Below are positions 1 to 16,399 of a stretch of 64,000 nt of DNA, piece after piece. The stretch lies in the NCBI RefSeq assembly GCF_009914755.1, contig NC_060927.1, one strand, 5' to 3'. Each line of letters starts with the position of its first letter. Within the stretch, counting starts at the first letter, position 1. A program made the position numbers and the translations under genes. The DNA comes from the human T2T-CHM13v2.0 reference genome, Homo sapiens. The notes under the pieces are model-generated. The model was not told the origin of the DNA. It did not search any database and saw only the letters and a list, made by a program, of their open reading frames with translations.

Positions 1-54
1 TTGTGCCACTACACTTTAGCGTGGGCGACAGAGGGAGAACCTGTCTCAAAAAAA
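1..54 (+). mobile_element. Alu 3' end
   Basis: TTGTGCCACTACACTTTAGCGTGGGCGACAGAG...GTCTCAAAAAAA. Confidence 0.85.
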
Positions 55-181
55 TCTTTTTAAGGGTGTGTGTGTTGATGACTGGAGGAGGTACAAGTGG
101 GTTTTAGGATGCTGCTACTGTTTTTATTTATCTAAGTGGTGGGCAGACAGGTATGTATACTCTTTAAAAATTTATTTAGCT

Positions 182-462
182 GGTGGGGTGCGGTGGCTTA
201 TGCCTGTAATCCTAGCACTTTGGGAGACCGAGGCGGGCGGATCACTTGAGGTCAGGAGTTTGAGACCAGCCTGGCCAACATGGTGAAACCCTGTCTCTAC
301 TAAAAACACAAAAATTAGCTGGGCGTTGTGATGGGCACCTGTAATCCCGGCTACTTGGGAGGCTAGGGCAGGAGAATCACTTAAAACCTGGGTTGCAGTG
401 AGCCGGTATTGCACCACTGCACTCCAGCCTGGGCAACAGAGCGACACTCCGTCTGAAAAAAA
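182..462 (+). mobile_element. AluS
   Basis: Dimeric Alu with GGATCACTTGAGGTCAGGAGTTTGAGACCAGCCTGGCC, A-rich linker and A tail. Confidence 0.92.
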
Positions 463-629
463 TTTTTTTTTAAATTTAGCCGTACACTAATGATTTTCAC
501 ACTTACGGATGTTACATATTAATAAAAAGTTTATTTAAAAAAGTAAAACAACTTTGTAAAAAAGTTGATAAAAGTATAAAACTAAACAATATGGAAGAAT
601 CTGAAAAATATATTAAATAAAAGAGCCCA

Positions 630-900
630 AATAGAATTTTACAGTCCGTATTGATTCCATTTATATGAAGTTCAAGAATAAGTAACACTACAAATCTGTG
701 GTGATAGAAACCAGAACAGTAGTTGCTTACTGGAAAGGATTGACTGGAAAGAAGTATGAGGAAACTTTCAGGGTGATTAAAAAGTTCTATATCTGGATGA
801 AATATGGGTTTCATGGTTATTACATTTGTCAAAGCTCATTGTACTGTATGTTCATGATCTGTATTTTTTACTATAGGTAAATTATGCATCAGTGAACTGG
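630..900 (+). mobile_element. Old L1M (L1ME-like) 3' end fragment
   Basis: GATTCCATTTATATGAAGTTCAAGAA...TACATTTGTCAAAGCTCATT resembles the L1ME 3' UTR. Confidence 0.6.
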
Positions 901-1024
901 ATGAAAGGTTTAAAAATAAAAAATCTAGTCACAGATAAAAACATTTTTGCAGTGATACAACAAAGATAAGCAATCAGAATATAAAAGATCTCTTACAAAC
1001 CAAGAAGAATAAATAATAGGTGAG

Positions 1025-1380
1025 GACCAGGTATGGTGGCTCATGCTTGTAATCCTCAGTGGAGGCTGAGGTAGGAGGATCACTTGAGGCCAGGAGTTCA
1101 AGACCAGCCTAATCAACAAGTGAGAGACCCTGTCTCTATAAAAAAGAGAAGAGAGAAAAGAAAAAAATTAGGTGGGTGTGGTGGTGCATGCCTGTAGTTC
1201 TGGCTACTCAGGAGGCTGAGGCAGGAGGATCACTTGAGCCCAGGAGGTCAGGGCTGCAGTGAGCTATGATTGTACCACTGCACTCCAGCCTGTGTGACAG
1301 AATGAGAACCTGTTAGGAAGGAAAGAAGGAAGGGAAGGAGGGAGGGAGAGAATAAAAGAAAAAAGAAAAGAAAGAAAAAG
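1025..1380 (+). mobile_element. AluJ with GA-rich tail
   Basis: GGATCACTTGAGGCCAGGAGTTCAAG and GAGCCCAGGAGGTCAGGGCTGCAGTGAGCTATGAT (J-type), purine-rich tail. Confidence 0.9.
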
Positions 1381-2300
1381 AGTCATTCATGGAATAGCAA
1401 GTTAAAATCAGAATGATAAATGATTTTATACATATCAGTTTGAGAAAACTGAAATGTCTCACATATTCAGATATTGGCACAGATATGTTTCCATTGGAAT
1501 GCTTACATGCTGGTTGCATCTTGTGAAGTTAGATGTGCATATCCTATGACCTAGCCATTTAATTCTTAAGTATATACCTTAGAGAAATGTTTTTCAAGCT
1601 GTCTTCATCAAATCATTAGGGGGTTATTACAGTTATATTTAGTGGCTCACTTATCTGCATGAATAAAAAAGAATAGAATAAGAAATATCTAAATATATTG
1701 TTATAACAGTTATGATCCAATCAAGAGAGAGAAATCACACTAATTGGAATAGAGAATATTTAATATAAATAATTGTTAACTAGTAAAAAAGTAGTTAACT
1801 GCTAAAAGGGCTAAAATAAGACTCAAAGGGATAGCAAATGCAGAAATCAACTGCTACCTGTAGGGCTGAGAGAGGGTGGACAAGCAAGAAACTAAGAACT
1901 TAACTCCTATCCCTTCTAGCCTAAGATTCAGAATTTATGGGAAAGAGCATGGATGCCATAGGAACGTGTAGCCTGCTGGTGGCGGTGAAACTTGCCAGAG
2001 GGCATGCGTTGGAGCTGGTCTATAGGAGCAACCTGTTGGATGGTAGAAAAACTTGTGGAAAGGCATGAATGAGTCGAGCAGATTCATAGGTGTGGCTCTC
2101 CAGGTGGTAGAGAAACTTGCCAGAGAATAAGGGCCATAGCTAGTCTGTGAAGGTGGCTAAGATAAGCACTACTGGGCCTCCAACGTGCAAGTCCACTGAG
2201 TAGAGTGCTCACAATAAAACAATAGCACACCAGATCCCTTCAGCACCCTCTCTTAAAGCCCAACTCCCATGAGCTGGCAAAAGAAAGATGTTTATAGGGT

Positions 2301-2762
2301 TGTATTAGTCTCTTTTCAAGAGAAGCGTTTTGTGTGTGTGTACTCTGGAATATTTGTTTCTATGGAAAACCCAGACTAATACATCTATATATAAAAATAA
2401 AAGATATTATGGAGACTGAGAAGTCCCAAGATGTGCAGTCAGCAAGCTATAGACCCAGGAGAGCTTGCGGTATAAGTTCCAGTCCAAGCCCAAAGGGCAG
2501 AAGACCAGTGTTCCAGCTCAAAGAGAATCAGGCAGGCAGAGCAAATTCTCTCTTACTCTGCCTTTTTGTTCTATTCAGGCTTTCAAAAGATCAGATGTGG
2601 GCCACTCACAATGGGGCGGGCCGTCTGCTTTATTCAGTCTACTGATTCCAGTGTTAATCTCATCCAGAAACACCCTCACAGACACATCCAGAATAGTGTT
2701 TAATCAAATATCTGGGCATCCTGTGGCCCCAGTCAAGTTGACACATAATAGTAACCATCACA
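2301..2762 (-). mobile_element. MLT2 (ERVL) solo LTR
   Basis: Reverse complement begins TGTGATGGTTACTATTATGTGTCAACTTGACTGGGGCCACAGGATGCCCAGATAT and ends GACTAATACA. Confidence 0.85.
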
Positions 2763-3084
2763 GGCCCCAACTCAGGTATTACTAACCAGGGCAAAGAAAG
2801 GTGAGTTTAGTTTTGAGGGGCAATAAATTGGTAACTGGCGCAATTGCATGTAGCATCATTAAGTGTTTTTTCTTCATGAGATTTGTTTCAATTTTATGTG
2901 TATGGGGTTATGATCTAAAGCATATTTCTAAGTCTGAGCCATGGTAAGAAAAAAATATACAAAAGCCATTGATCTGGAGAAACTTCTACACATGTACACA
3001 TGAAGACATCCACAGAATTGTTTGTAGTAGCAAAAAATTGGTAATGTCTTAAATGTCTACCAACAAGACATAGTTGGAGAACTA

Positions 3085-3625
3085 CAGATGCTCCTTGACT
3101 TAACAATGGAGTTATGTCCCAGTAAACTCATGATAAATTGAAAATATCATTAAGTAAAAAGTGCATTTAAGTGTTGTGGCTCACACCTGTAATCCTAGCA
3201 CTTTGGCACACTGAGGCGAGAGAGGATCACTTGAGGCTAGGAGTTTGAGACCAGCCTGGGCAACATAGTGAGACCCTGTTTCTACAAAAACAAGAATTAG
3301 GTGTGGTGGAGCATGTCTGTAGTCCCAGCTACTCAACAGGCTGAGATAGGAGGATTGCTTGAACCCAGAAGTTTGAGGGTGCAGTGAGCTGTGATCATCA
3401 CTGCCTCCAGCCTGGGTGACAGAGTGAGACCTTGTCTTAAAAAGAAAGAAAGAAAAAAGAAAATGCATTTAATACCTCAATAAATATATTTTAAAGTTGA
3501 AAATCATTAAGTTGAACCACCTTAAGTTCAGATGCTTCTTGACTTATGATGGGGTTATGTCTTGATAAACCCATCATGAAGCTGAAAAATTTTAAGTAAA
3601 ACCTGCTTAAGTCAGGGACCATCTG
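3085..3625 (+). mobile_element. MER47/Tigger5-family MITE interrupted by an AluJ, inside an old L1M
   Basis: TA|CAGATGCTCCTTGACTTA ... TAAGTCAGGGACCATCTG terminal inverted repeats; second internal copy CAGATGCTTCTTGACTTATGATGGGGTTA. Confidence 0.75.
3172..3460 (+). mobile_element. AluJ inserted in the Tigger MITE
   Basis: Alu body; TSD-like AAAAGTGCATTTAA / AAAATGCATTTAA. Confidence 0.88.
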
Positions 3626-4019
3626 TGAATCATGGGATATATTTTACAATGAAATAGTATTCAAAAATGAAATGAATGAACTGTAGCTCACATATTAATA
3701 CAAACAGACCTCATAAATGTAATAACATCAATCAAAAACCTAAGTATGCAGAATACTCACTATATGAATCTATTTCTATAAAGTGTAAAAACATGCAAAA
3801 GAATACTGTGTGTATGTATGATGGCTATACCTATGTAATAAAAGTAGAAATAAACAGTGCATAAGAATAGTAAATACTAAGTGCAATGTATCTGGGTAGG
3901 GGATACAAAATGTACGGGCACGGTTTCTTTTCTTAGTTGTGGAGTGGGTACCTGGCCTTATTATAATACTAATACTAATATAATACTAGTATTTTCTTTT
4001 CCAAATACTTCATGATAGA

Positions 4020-4565
<546 letters not shown>

Positions 4566-4704
4566 ATAGATTTTTGAAGAGGCATTAAAACCGGACTATA
4601 AAATGCCTTTTCTCTTTCAGTTTTATTTATCTTAAAGAATTATATTTCAGAAGTCAGATTTTTTTAGTTTTTTGTTTCTGCTGGGATATACTTTCATATT
4701 TTAA

Positions 4705-5035
<331 letters not shown>

Positions 5036-5661
5036 CATTTTATTTTTATAGATTCACTCTGCAGTATAAATCAAGACTTCTACTCTATTATTATTTCCTA
5101 TTCCAAACATACTTCTTTCATTCTTCCAATATATTTACCTTTTTTGGTTAATTTAGTATTTGGCTTATATGTCATTATGATTAATTCATAGCTTATCTGT
5201 ATAGCATATTATGATTATATCTTGCATTACTTTTTGTTTTCTTTGGAATTAATATTTGACTTATTTTTTCATTTACCTAGTTTTTCATGTACATATCAAT
5301 TTCTCCCCAAATTCTTTGCTGGAAATGAAACTATTAGACCATACAAATGTTTGGGATTTTGGTTTTTGTACCTCACTTCATAATCATGAAATTGACCTTC
5401 GTCTCTTTTCATCTTGAACCCTCTCTACTTCCTAGGTCCTATTCTAAACTTTTTCTTGGTCAGTTTTCTAATTTTTATCCTCTGGGAAATCCTCTGGGAG
5501 TTTCCTAAGAGAAAAATGTCACGGAAGGCAATTTTTTTTTTTTTTGAGTGTTTGAATGCCTGAAAAGATCTTTAGTTTGCTCTCATGCTTTATTGATAAT
5601 TTCAGTGGGTATAGAATCCTAGGCTGGGAATTATTTGTCCTACATTTCAAGGCATTGCTTC

Positions 5662-6096
5662 AGTCAAAAGACAAAATTACAACGGATTTACTTACAGATC
5701 TCTTTGGCCTTTATTTGTGAGTCATGAATTGGGGTAGCCTTCATTCTACAAAATGGAATGAGAGCTCCAACTAGGCAGTAGCAGAATGTGCATTTTGTAA
5801 GGTCAGAACAGAGAAGTGGAAAAATAGAAAAAACACTTGACTGGTTAACATCAGCTTACTTTTTTGTAAGGGTTAAAGCAGAGAGGACTTTTATTAAACA
5901 CTGACTCAGGTAGGCTGGAATCTTCTGTGTTCAGGAAAAACTGGTTTTTTTTTTTTAGATCTGTCTGCTTCATTGAAGTTTCAGTCTGAGTATGTGGCAC
6001 TTAACATGAGTAACTTCATTTTGATTTGGTTGATCTGTTGGGGCCTAGTGCAGGAGCTCAGTCCAAAACAATGACCTTTCATAATTTCATCTAACA
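5662..6096 (-). mobile_element. MER67/MER31-group ERV1 solo LTR
   Basis: Reverse complement TGTTAGATGAAATTATGAAAGGTCATTGTTTTGGACTGAGCTCCTGCACTAGGCCCCAACAGA...CTGCTTTAACCCTTACAAAAAAGTAA. Confidence 0.78.
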
Positions 6097-6236
6097 GGTA
6101 TGTACTATTTTTCCCCTTATTATTTTTTGTGTTGAATACTCAGTCTGGAAACTAATGTTTTTCCATTCTCAGATTTTTTTTTCATTGTTTTTAGGATTAT
6201 TTTCTCCCTTAATGTTTTTTTCTGTTCTTGTAACTC

Positions 6237-6534
<298 letters not shown>

Positions 6535-6709
6535 TCTCTTAACTCCTGTTACTTGAATGGTGCCTCTCCTATCTAGGCTGAGTCTGTAATTGATCATTTT
6601 TTTCTAACCTTTTCTATGTCTTTATCTTTTTATTCTTTGTTCTGGTGTATATAGGTAATATCTCCCAAGCCTTCTATTGGATTTTTGTTTCTCTCTTATA
6701 TTTTCATTT

Positions 6710-7510
6710 CTTTTCTTTCTTCTTTATTTCTTTTGAGATGGGATCTCACCCGTCACCCAGGCTGGAGTGCAGTGGCGTGATCACAGCTCACTGCAGCTGT
6801 TACAGGAAAGGGGTCCCAATCCAGACCCCAAGAGACGATTCTTGGATCTTGTGCAAGAAAGAATTCAGGGTAAATCCATAGACTCGCCCTAAAGTGAAAG
6901 CAGGTTTATTAGGAAAGTAAAGGAATAAAAGAATGGCTACTCCATAGACTGAGCAGCCCAGAGAGCTGCTGGCATTTTTATGGTTATTTCTTGATGATAT
7001 GCCAAACATGGAGTGGATTATTCATGCCTCCTCATTTTAGACCATATAGGGTAACTTCCTGATGTTGCCATGGCGTTTGTAAACTGTCATGGCACTGGTG
7101 AGAGTGTAGCAGTGAGGACAACCAAAAGTCACTCTCATGACCTGTATTTTGTGTTAACCTCCTATCTCGTCCTGTGACTTAGAATGCCTTAACCATCTGG
7201 GAAATGTAGCTCAGTAGGTTTTAGCCTTATTTTACCCAGCTCCTATTTAAGATGGAGTTGTTCTGGTTCATACGCCTCTGACACAGTCTCAACCTCCCAG
7301 GCTCAAGCCATTTGTCCTCCTCAGCCTCCTAAGTAGCTGGACAGCAGGCATTGAGCCACCATGCCAACTAATTAAATTTTTTTTTTTTTTATAGAGACAG
7401 AGGTCCCCCTGTGTTGCGCAGGCTAGTCTTGAACTCCTGGGGTCAAGTGATCCTCCCAGTGTGGCTTCCCAAAGTGCTGGGATTATAGGCGTTAGCCACT
7501 GCTCCTGACC
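6710..7510 (-). mobile_element. AluJ split by a MER41A LTR
   Basis: Alu breaks at CTCACTGCAGC (6797) and resumes CAGTCTCAACCTCCCAGG (7284). Confidence 0.88.
6798..7283 (-). mobile_element. MER41A solo LTR
   Basis: TGTTACAGGAAAGGGGTCCCAATCCAGACCCCAAGAGA...CGCCTCTGACA; 4-bp TSD CAGC/CAGT; lacks the GAS-bearing segment. Confidence 0.88.
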
Positions 7511-9444
7511 ATATTTTCATTTTCTAAGAGCATTTTCTCACTATCTAAACGTTATAACTTCTCGTTCTTGCTTCATGGATGTAAATCTACTTTTTCTCTT
7601 TGGGGCTATTTTTTTTTTCCCTTGCTGGATTCTTTTTCCTCTGAGTCTCCTTTTTCTCTCTTCCTCAACTCTTTCTGTTTTGACTTTTGTGCTTTGTGCT
7701 AAAGGCTTTGTTTAAATGGCTGCTGAGCCTTAGTTTTGCAAATTTGAGGCTGAGAAGAGGGCTTTATACTAGTACTTGATTAGCTACCTTGACATTTTCA
7801 TTTCATTTGAAGTTTTTGCTTCAACCCCAGCCCAACTGCTACTATCCTTGTCTTTTTCTCTTTACCTAGTTATCTTGACTAATCCTTCAGTATTATGCAT
7901 GGAGGTAGAAGCCTCTGCCGTTGTCCTGGCTGCCCAGTAGGAATAGGGGTTGGAATCTGTTTTCAGATTGGTGCCCATCCCTGATACTGAGCAAAACCTA
8001 GGTTCCTGAACCTTGAGCCTGCCTTGTCCAAATTCTCTAGGAGTAATTATTCTCTTTTCAGATTGGTGGTGGACACATGTTTAGCCCTACTTGCTGGGCA
8101 GAATAGAGGAAGAACCATAGAGTTCTGATTGTTTTTCTTCAACAGTTTCAACTAGTTCTTTTGTTTTCAGCCCCATACCGTACTCAGGCCTCCTGAATTG
8201 TCTGATGCCTTGAATTCCTAATATTTTCTGGGGTTTTGTAATGGGAATTGACTCTTGTTGACTTCTCTGCATGTGGGCTTAGATTTCAGTATTTGTCTTT
8301 TGGGTCTTACACTTCCAAATGTTTTAAGTGCTTCTTGTTTGCTGTCATCTAAATTATTTTGCCCTAGGCAGATGCCTGATGCCTACCACGTGTAAACCCT
8401 TGCTGGGCTGGCTCTGGTGATACAAAATGTTATAGTTCCTCTGTCTGCCTACAAGAAGTGCATGTCAGCTTGGGGTGACAGATATATGAAGACATATTTA
8501 TATTTGAACATGTTAGGAAGAAGTCAGGTGCAGGGTATTATGGTTACTACACAGATGGTCTGAGCTGTTGGCTTCACTGGGACAGGAAGGGAGAGGGGAG
8601 AAGAGCAGAGAAGATTTTAGAAATTATTTGGTATTGAGCTGCCTTGAAAGAAAAGTTTACTATGTCTTAGAGGTTGAGGGTATTTAGAGTAGTTAGAAAT
8701 TGTTTGTGGTGGCAGTCAGGTGTCCTCAGACCATTGCATGATGTTTGTTGTTTATTTAATGTCATTTTCCCTATCCCAATTAGTGTTAGAATCTGTTTCA
8801 AGAGCCAATTCAAGTAGGTATCTTGTCTTCATTACATCACCTCTAAGCCAGGATTCTTCTTAATATGCACTTCCTGGGCTCATAATTCTAAAGTATGTAA
8901 AACATTCTCTAGCTTAAATATTGAGATATTATTTGTTTTTTAAAAAAATGCTTTGTGCTGGAAGACTGGTGCCAGTGATCCAAACTGCATGAGTTTGTTG
9001 GTTTTTTCTCCGTATAGCTCCCTGAAGCCATCTTTTTCATGTCCTAGTTTAATCTAGAATTGAGTTTTGTATCATGCTTTGACTTTGGCACCTGCATGTA
9101 CTTCTGCTATAGATTTTTTGCTTGATTCCAGCTTCCAGTTTACCTGGAGCATTTCCATTTTCCACCTCTTCTTTCTTGTTCTCTTAGTGTGATTTGACTT
9201 AGCTGCCTATTCCTGTGCTGCCTGTAGCACTAACATTGATGTTGGCTCTTATGTAAGAACATTTCTACCATCAAGCTGGAGAGTATAAATCTGATTTTTT
9301 TCTGAATCATATTATAGATAGTTTCACACATATTTGATAGCAGATTTCTCTTTTAAAGTGTATTGAACACACTATTCCTTAGATTAGCCAAAGTTTTAAG
9401 AATAACAGAATCTAGGTGGGGCATGGTGGCTAACACCTTAATCC

Positions 9445-12360
<2,916 letters not shown>

Positions 12361-12411
12361 ATATTGAGAAATTATACAATAAAGATTTAAGGAGATTTCT
12401 AGCTCGGATAC

Positions 12412-12704
12412 TTTTTTTTTTTTAGAGTCAAGGTTTTGCTCTGTCACCCAGGCTGGAGGGCAGTGGTGCAATCATAGCTCACTGCAGCCTCAAACTTCTG
12501 GGCTCAAATGATCCTCCCATTTCAGTCTCCTGAATAGCTAGGACTACAGGCATGTGCCACCATGCCCAGCTAATTTTTAAATTTTTTTTCATAGAGTCTT
12601 GCTGTGTTGCCCAGGCTGGTACCATACTCCTGGGCTCAAGTGATCCCACCTGCCTCGGCCTCCTAAAATGCTGGGATTATAGGCATGGGCCACTGTGCCT
12701 GGCC
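12412..12704 (-). mobile_element. AluJ
   Basis: Reversed Alu with ATCATAGCTCACTGCAGCCTC. Confidence 0.9.
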
Positions 12705-13053
12705 TTGGGTACCATTTTCATTAATCTCTACTTTACTTTGGTGGATAAATATTCCTGCCACTTACTAATGACACTTAACATTTCAAATTTTAATGAGATT
12801 ATATGGAGAATTGACATTTTCATCTTTTCGGTAAGAAAAAAGGCTTCTTGTAGCTATAAAGACTTCATTTCTGTTAGCTCTGGGAACTGATTTGTGTTTG
12901 AATATTGTCACAGAATTTGAAATCAGAATACTTAGTATACATTTGTAAAATATAGTTCTAAATACTTAACACTATTACTTTTAAATGCCTTTGACAGATT
13001 TTTCATTATACTTGCAACTTAAGTTAATTTTTAAAAGTAAATTGGAATTTTAT

Positions 13054-13728
13054 TTTTATTTTATTTATTTATTTATTTATTTTTTTTTATTGATCATTCT
13101 TGGGTGTTTCTTGCAGAGGGGGATTTGGCAGGGTCACAGGACAATAGTGGAGGGAAGGTCAGCAGATAAACAAGTAAACAAAGGTCTCTGGTTTTCCTAG
13201 GCAGAGGACCCTGCGGCCTTCCGGCCTTCCACAGTGTTTGTGTCCCTGAGTACTTGAGATTAGGGAGTGGTGATGACTCTTAACGAGCATGCTGTCTTCA
13301 AGCATCTGTTTAACAAAGCACATCTTGCACCGCCCTTAATCCATTCAACCCTGAGTGGACACAGCACATGTTTCAGAGAGCACAGGGTTGGGGGTAAGGT
13401 CACAGATCAACAGGATCCCAAGGCAGAAGAATTTTTCTTAGTACAGAACAAAATGAAAAGTCTCCCATGTCTACCTCTTTCTACACAGACACGGCAACCA
13501 TCCGATTTCTCAATCTTTTCCCACCTTTCCCCCCTTGCTATTCCACAAAACCGCCATTGTCATCCTGGCCCATTCTCAATGAGCTGTTGGGTACACCTCC
13601 CAGACGGGGTGGTGGCCGGGCAGAGGGGCTCCTCACTTCCCAGTAGGGGCGGCTGGGCAGAGGCGCCCCTCACCTCCCAGACGGGGCGGCTGGCCGGGCC
13701 GGGGGGCTGACTCCCCCACCTCCCTCCC
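13054..13728 (-). mobile_element. 5'-truncated SVA (SVA_D-like): poly(A) tail, SINE-R and a few VNTR units
   Basis: TTTATTGATCATTCTTGGGTGTTTC...CAGATCAACAGGATCCCAAGGCAGAAG...GC-rich VNTR; perfect direct repeat AGTAAATTGGAATTTTAT at 13036-13053 and 13729-13746. Confidence 0.96.
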
Positions 13729-13759
13729 AGTAAATTGGAATTTTATAATAGTTACTATT

Positions 13760-13945
13760 TGCTCATTAACCACCATGTCCTAGGTACCAGAAGTAGATAT
13801 TATACATTCATTATTTTAACTAATCTCACAGTAGTCTTGTGAAATATTACTACCTCCATTTTTTAGTTGAGGAAGCTAAACTTAAAGTGGCTGAATAGAA
13901 CACAGGTTATATGTGACAGAATGTGTGTTCAGACTCTGTTGATCT
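13760..13945 (-). mobile_element. MIR
   Basis: AATCTCACAGTAGTCTTGTGAAATATTACTACCTCCATTTTTTAGTTGAGGAAGCTAA, the MIR core reversed. Confidence 0.7.
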
Positions 13946-15689
13946 GCCTTGAGTATTAAGCTATTTGGAACTCACTGAGTGACTAAGTTTAGAAAGACCA
14001 CTGAGAGTCTAGACCAGTATATTTTGAGAGCCATTTACAAAATCTGTTGGGTTGTATGGGGCTTGCTCTTTACTCTACTAGGCTACTTTAATAAGTGAAT
14101 AAATGAATGCAACATATTTCTGAGGTTTTCTATTTTTGAAGACATGAGCAATAGAGGTAACTTTTAACTATAGTTCTCTGGTCACCTGGAAAGCGTTTCA
14201 TTCATGGGGAATTATATAAGAGTTTGCTAAATTAGTAATAGACTGTGGGCTATTGGAAAAAGAAGCCTCAGGGTTTGAAGGTTTGTATTGATATGTTTTT
14301 GCCTACTCCTGGGTCTTGAAGATAGCCTGTGGTAGGCAAAGGAGGGTTGTAATTTGTTTTGTGATTTTGTTTACATATTTGAAACCAAATTTTTTAGGGG
14401 GTCAAAATGATGTAGATAACTTAAGTCTCTCATGGCCTTTGATGAGTGGCCCACAGGCAACTCAAACTGGTATGTATCTTTTCCTTGTGTTCCCAAGTCT
14501 TGCCTGTTCACTGCCATTTCCTAGTGTACCTTTTTCTGGATATATTATTGGCTTTGTAGAGATGATAATGGACCAGGGTCTATTTCTAGCTCTGTTTTAG
14601 ATGATTTATGACAGTGAGCATGACTTTCTGATGCCTTAAGTTATCCTCTGCAACATAGCTATTTTTTCATGTAAATTTTAGGTAGATGAATGAACTAATA
14701 ACCTTTGAGCTACGACTAGGAAGATCATATCTGTGCCATGGTTGGTGTTCATTCCAATTTTTCTCTTACATTTATTTCAGTGCTACTGTTAGGACTCAAA
14801 AAAGAACATGTATCTTTGTATTAATCTTTAATCCTTCTTGCAGTTTTGTTTAATATTAAATATCATAAATTAGCAAACAGTTTAAAAGCACATGTTAACA
14901 GCATGTACATCTAGATGAATGTTGTACCTACAACAGGCACTTGGGCAGATTATATAATTATTTTAATAATATTGGGCTTTTATAAAAAATATTTGGAATT
15001 TCCCTCAGAGTAAGCTTACAAACTGTCAAAGGATAAAAATTTGCTACCACGTTGAAAATAACATTTGGAAGTTTTGGGATTACAATGGAGTATTGAATAT
15101 CTGCATTTAATTTTGCTTCTCTCTGAAACACTACAAAAAAGAAGATACAGAGATTATAAAATGTCATATACCCATAAGGACAAGGAAATTGGCAAGGCAT
15201 TGAAAGAGTGGAAACTGTCACTTAGTAGAGCTGAGACAGCCGAATCCCAAGGTGGTAGCAGGAATAGCTGAGAACTAACCTTGTTTACACAACATATCCT
15301 CAAAAGGCATAATGACTTTTAGCACCAGATACCTTTGGAACTGAGGATGAATATATTTTTAAGTGGTTCTCCTTTACTTCATCTCATTTGATGGCCACTC
15401 TTGTCTCCTCCTGGTAGAAGTTTTGAGGTTTGTTTTCAATGGGGGGTTAAAATAGAGCATCTCTGGATTGGGAGATTTCATGCACAGTTGAGGAAAAGGG
15501 TTCCATATTAAAACTGGGTGGGGGGCAGTTAAGTGACAGTATGCCTACTGAGTATTGAAGACTGACAGCCTTCATCCTGTACTCGGCTCTCAAAATCCTG
15601 GCAGCCAGTCCTTTCCCCTTTCAAGTAGGAGACTAGAAGACTTTTGTGTGGGCAATCCATGACAAGGGGAAGGCCTTAAAGATGCTAAC

Positions 15690-16291
15690 TGTGCCAGTTG
15701 TTTATTGCCTCTGAGTTCCAGACCCACCCTTACAACCCCTTGTTATGATGCTGAAGTTGGACTTGCAAACTATATTTTTTCTTTGTCAGCTGAATCTATG
15801 TTAGTCACTGCCAATAAAGGAGTGTAGTAGGGAGATTACTAGGAATAAGAAGGGTTGTGGTTCTTCATGTTTTTTTTTTTAATCACAGTGGCAGACTGCT
15901 CTGCAAGTAGTTGATACCCACAGTATTTCCCATGGCAAGCAGTGGTCTTTGTTCTGATGCATGACCTTCAGCAACATTCTTTCTCACTGAGCAGTCAGTG
16001 GATAGCATATTTCTGCAGTAGTCCAACATTTCCTTATAGATCTGTATTCTTAGCCTTTTGGGGCCCCTTTTGTAAGTTGCTAAGCCTTTTTTTTTTTCCT
16101 TGTTTACTTTTCCCTCAGCCTTAAATGTGGCAGCTGCGTTCTGTAGTTGCTACCTCTGTTATATCTTAGAGCTGTCTTCCATTTTCAGTTGTTTACCATC
16201 TTTTTACCTATTTAATGTTCTTTATAGTAAATTTTTCCTGTTTGAATGATTGGTATATTTTCTGTCTCCTGACTTTACCCCACTTGATACT
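15690..16291 (+). mobile_element. LTR33/LTR41-like ERVL solo LTR
   Basis: Starts TGTGCCAGTTGTTTATTGCCTCTGAGTTCCAGACCCACCCTT; ends TTTCTGTCTCCTGACT...TGATAC. Confidence 0.7.
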
Positions 16292-16399
16292 CTTGAAGTC
16301 TGGGTCTCCACAACAAATGATACGGTGAGATCTCTGTGCAGTGAACCATAAGGTCAGCAAGCTTCACCCATCTATTTGGAGCTTCCAGTTAACTTTTTA

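Noticed and set aside
13267-13710. 147-aa ORF
   Set aside because: Antisense reading of SVA SINE-R/VNTR, a common spurious ORF
15800-15835. CTCF motif expected in LTR33/LTR41-type LTRs
   Set aside because: Sequence here (GCCAATAAAGGAGTG) has lost the core G-run
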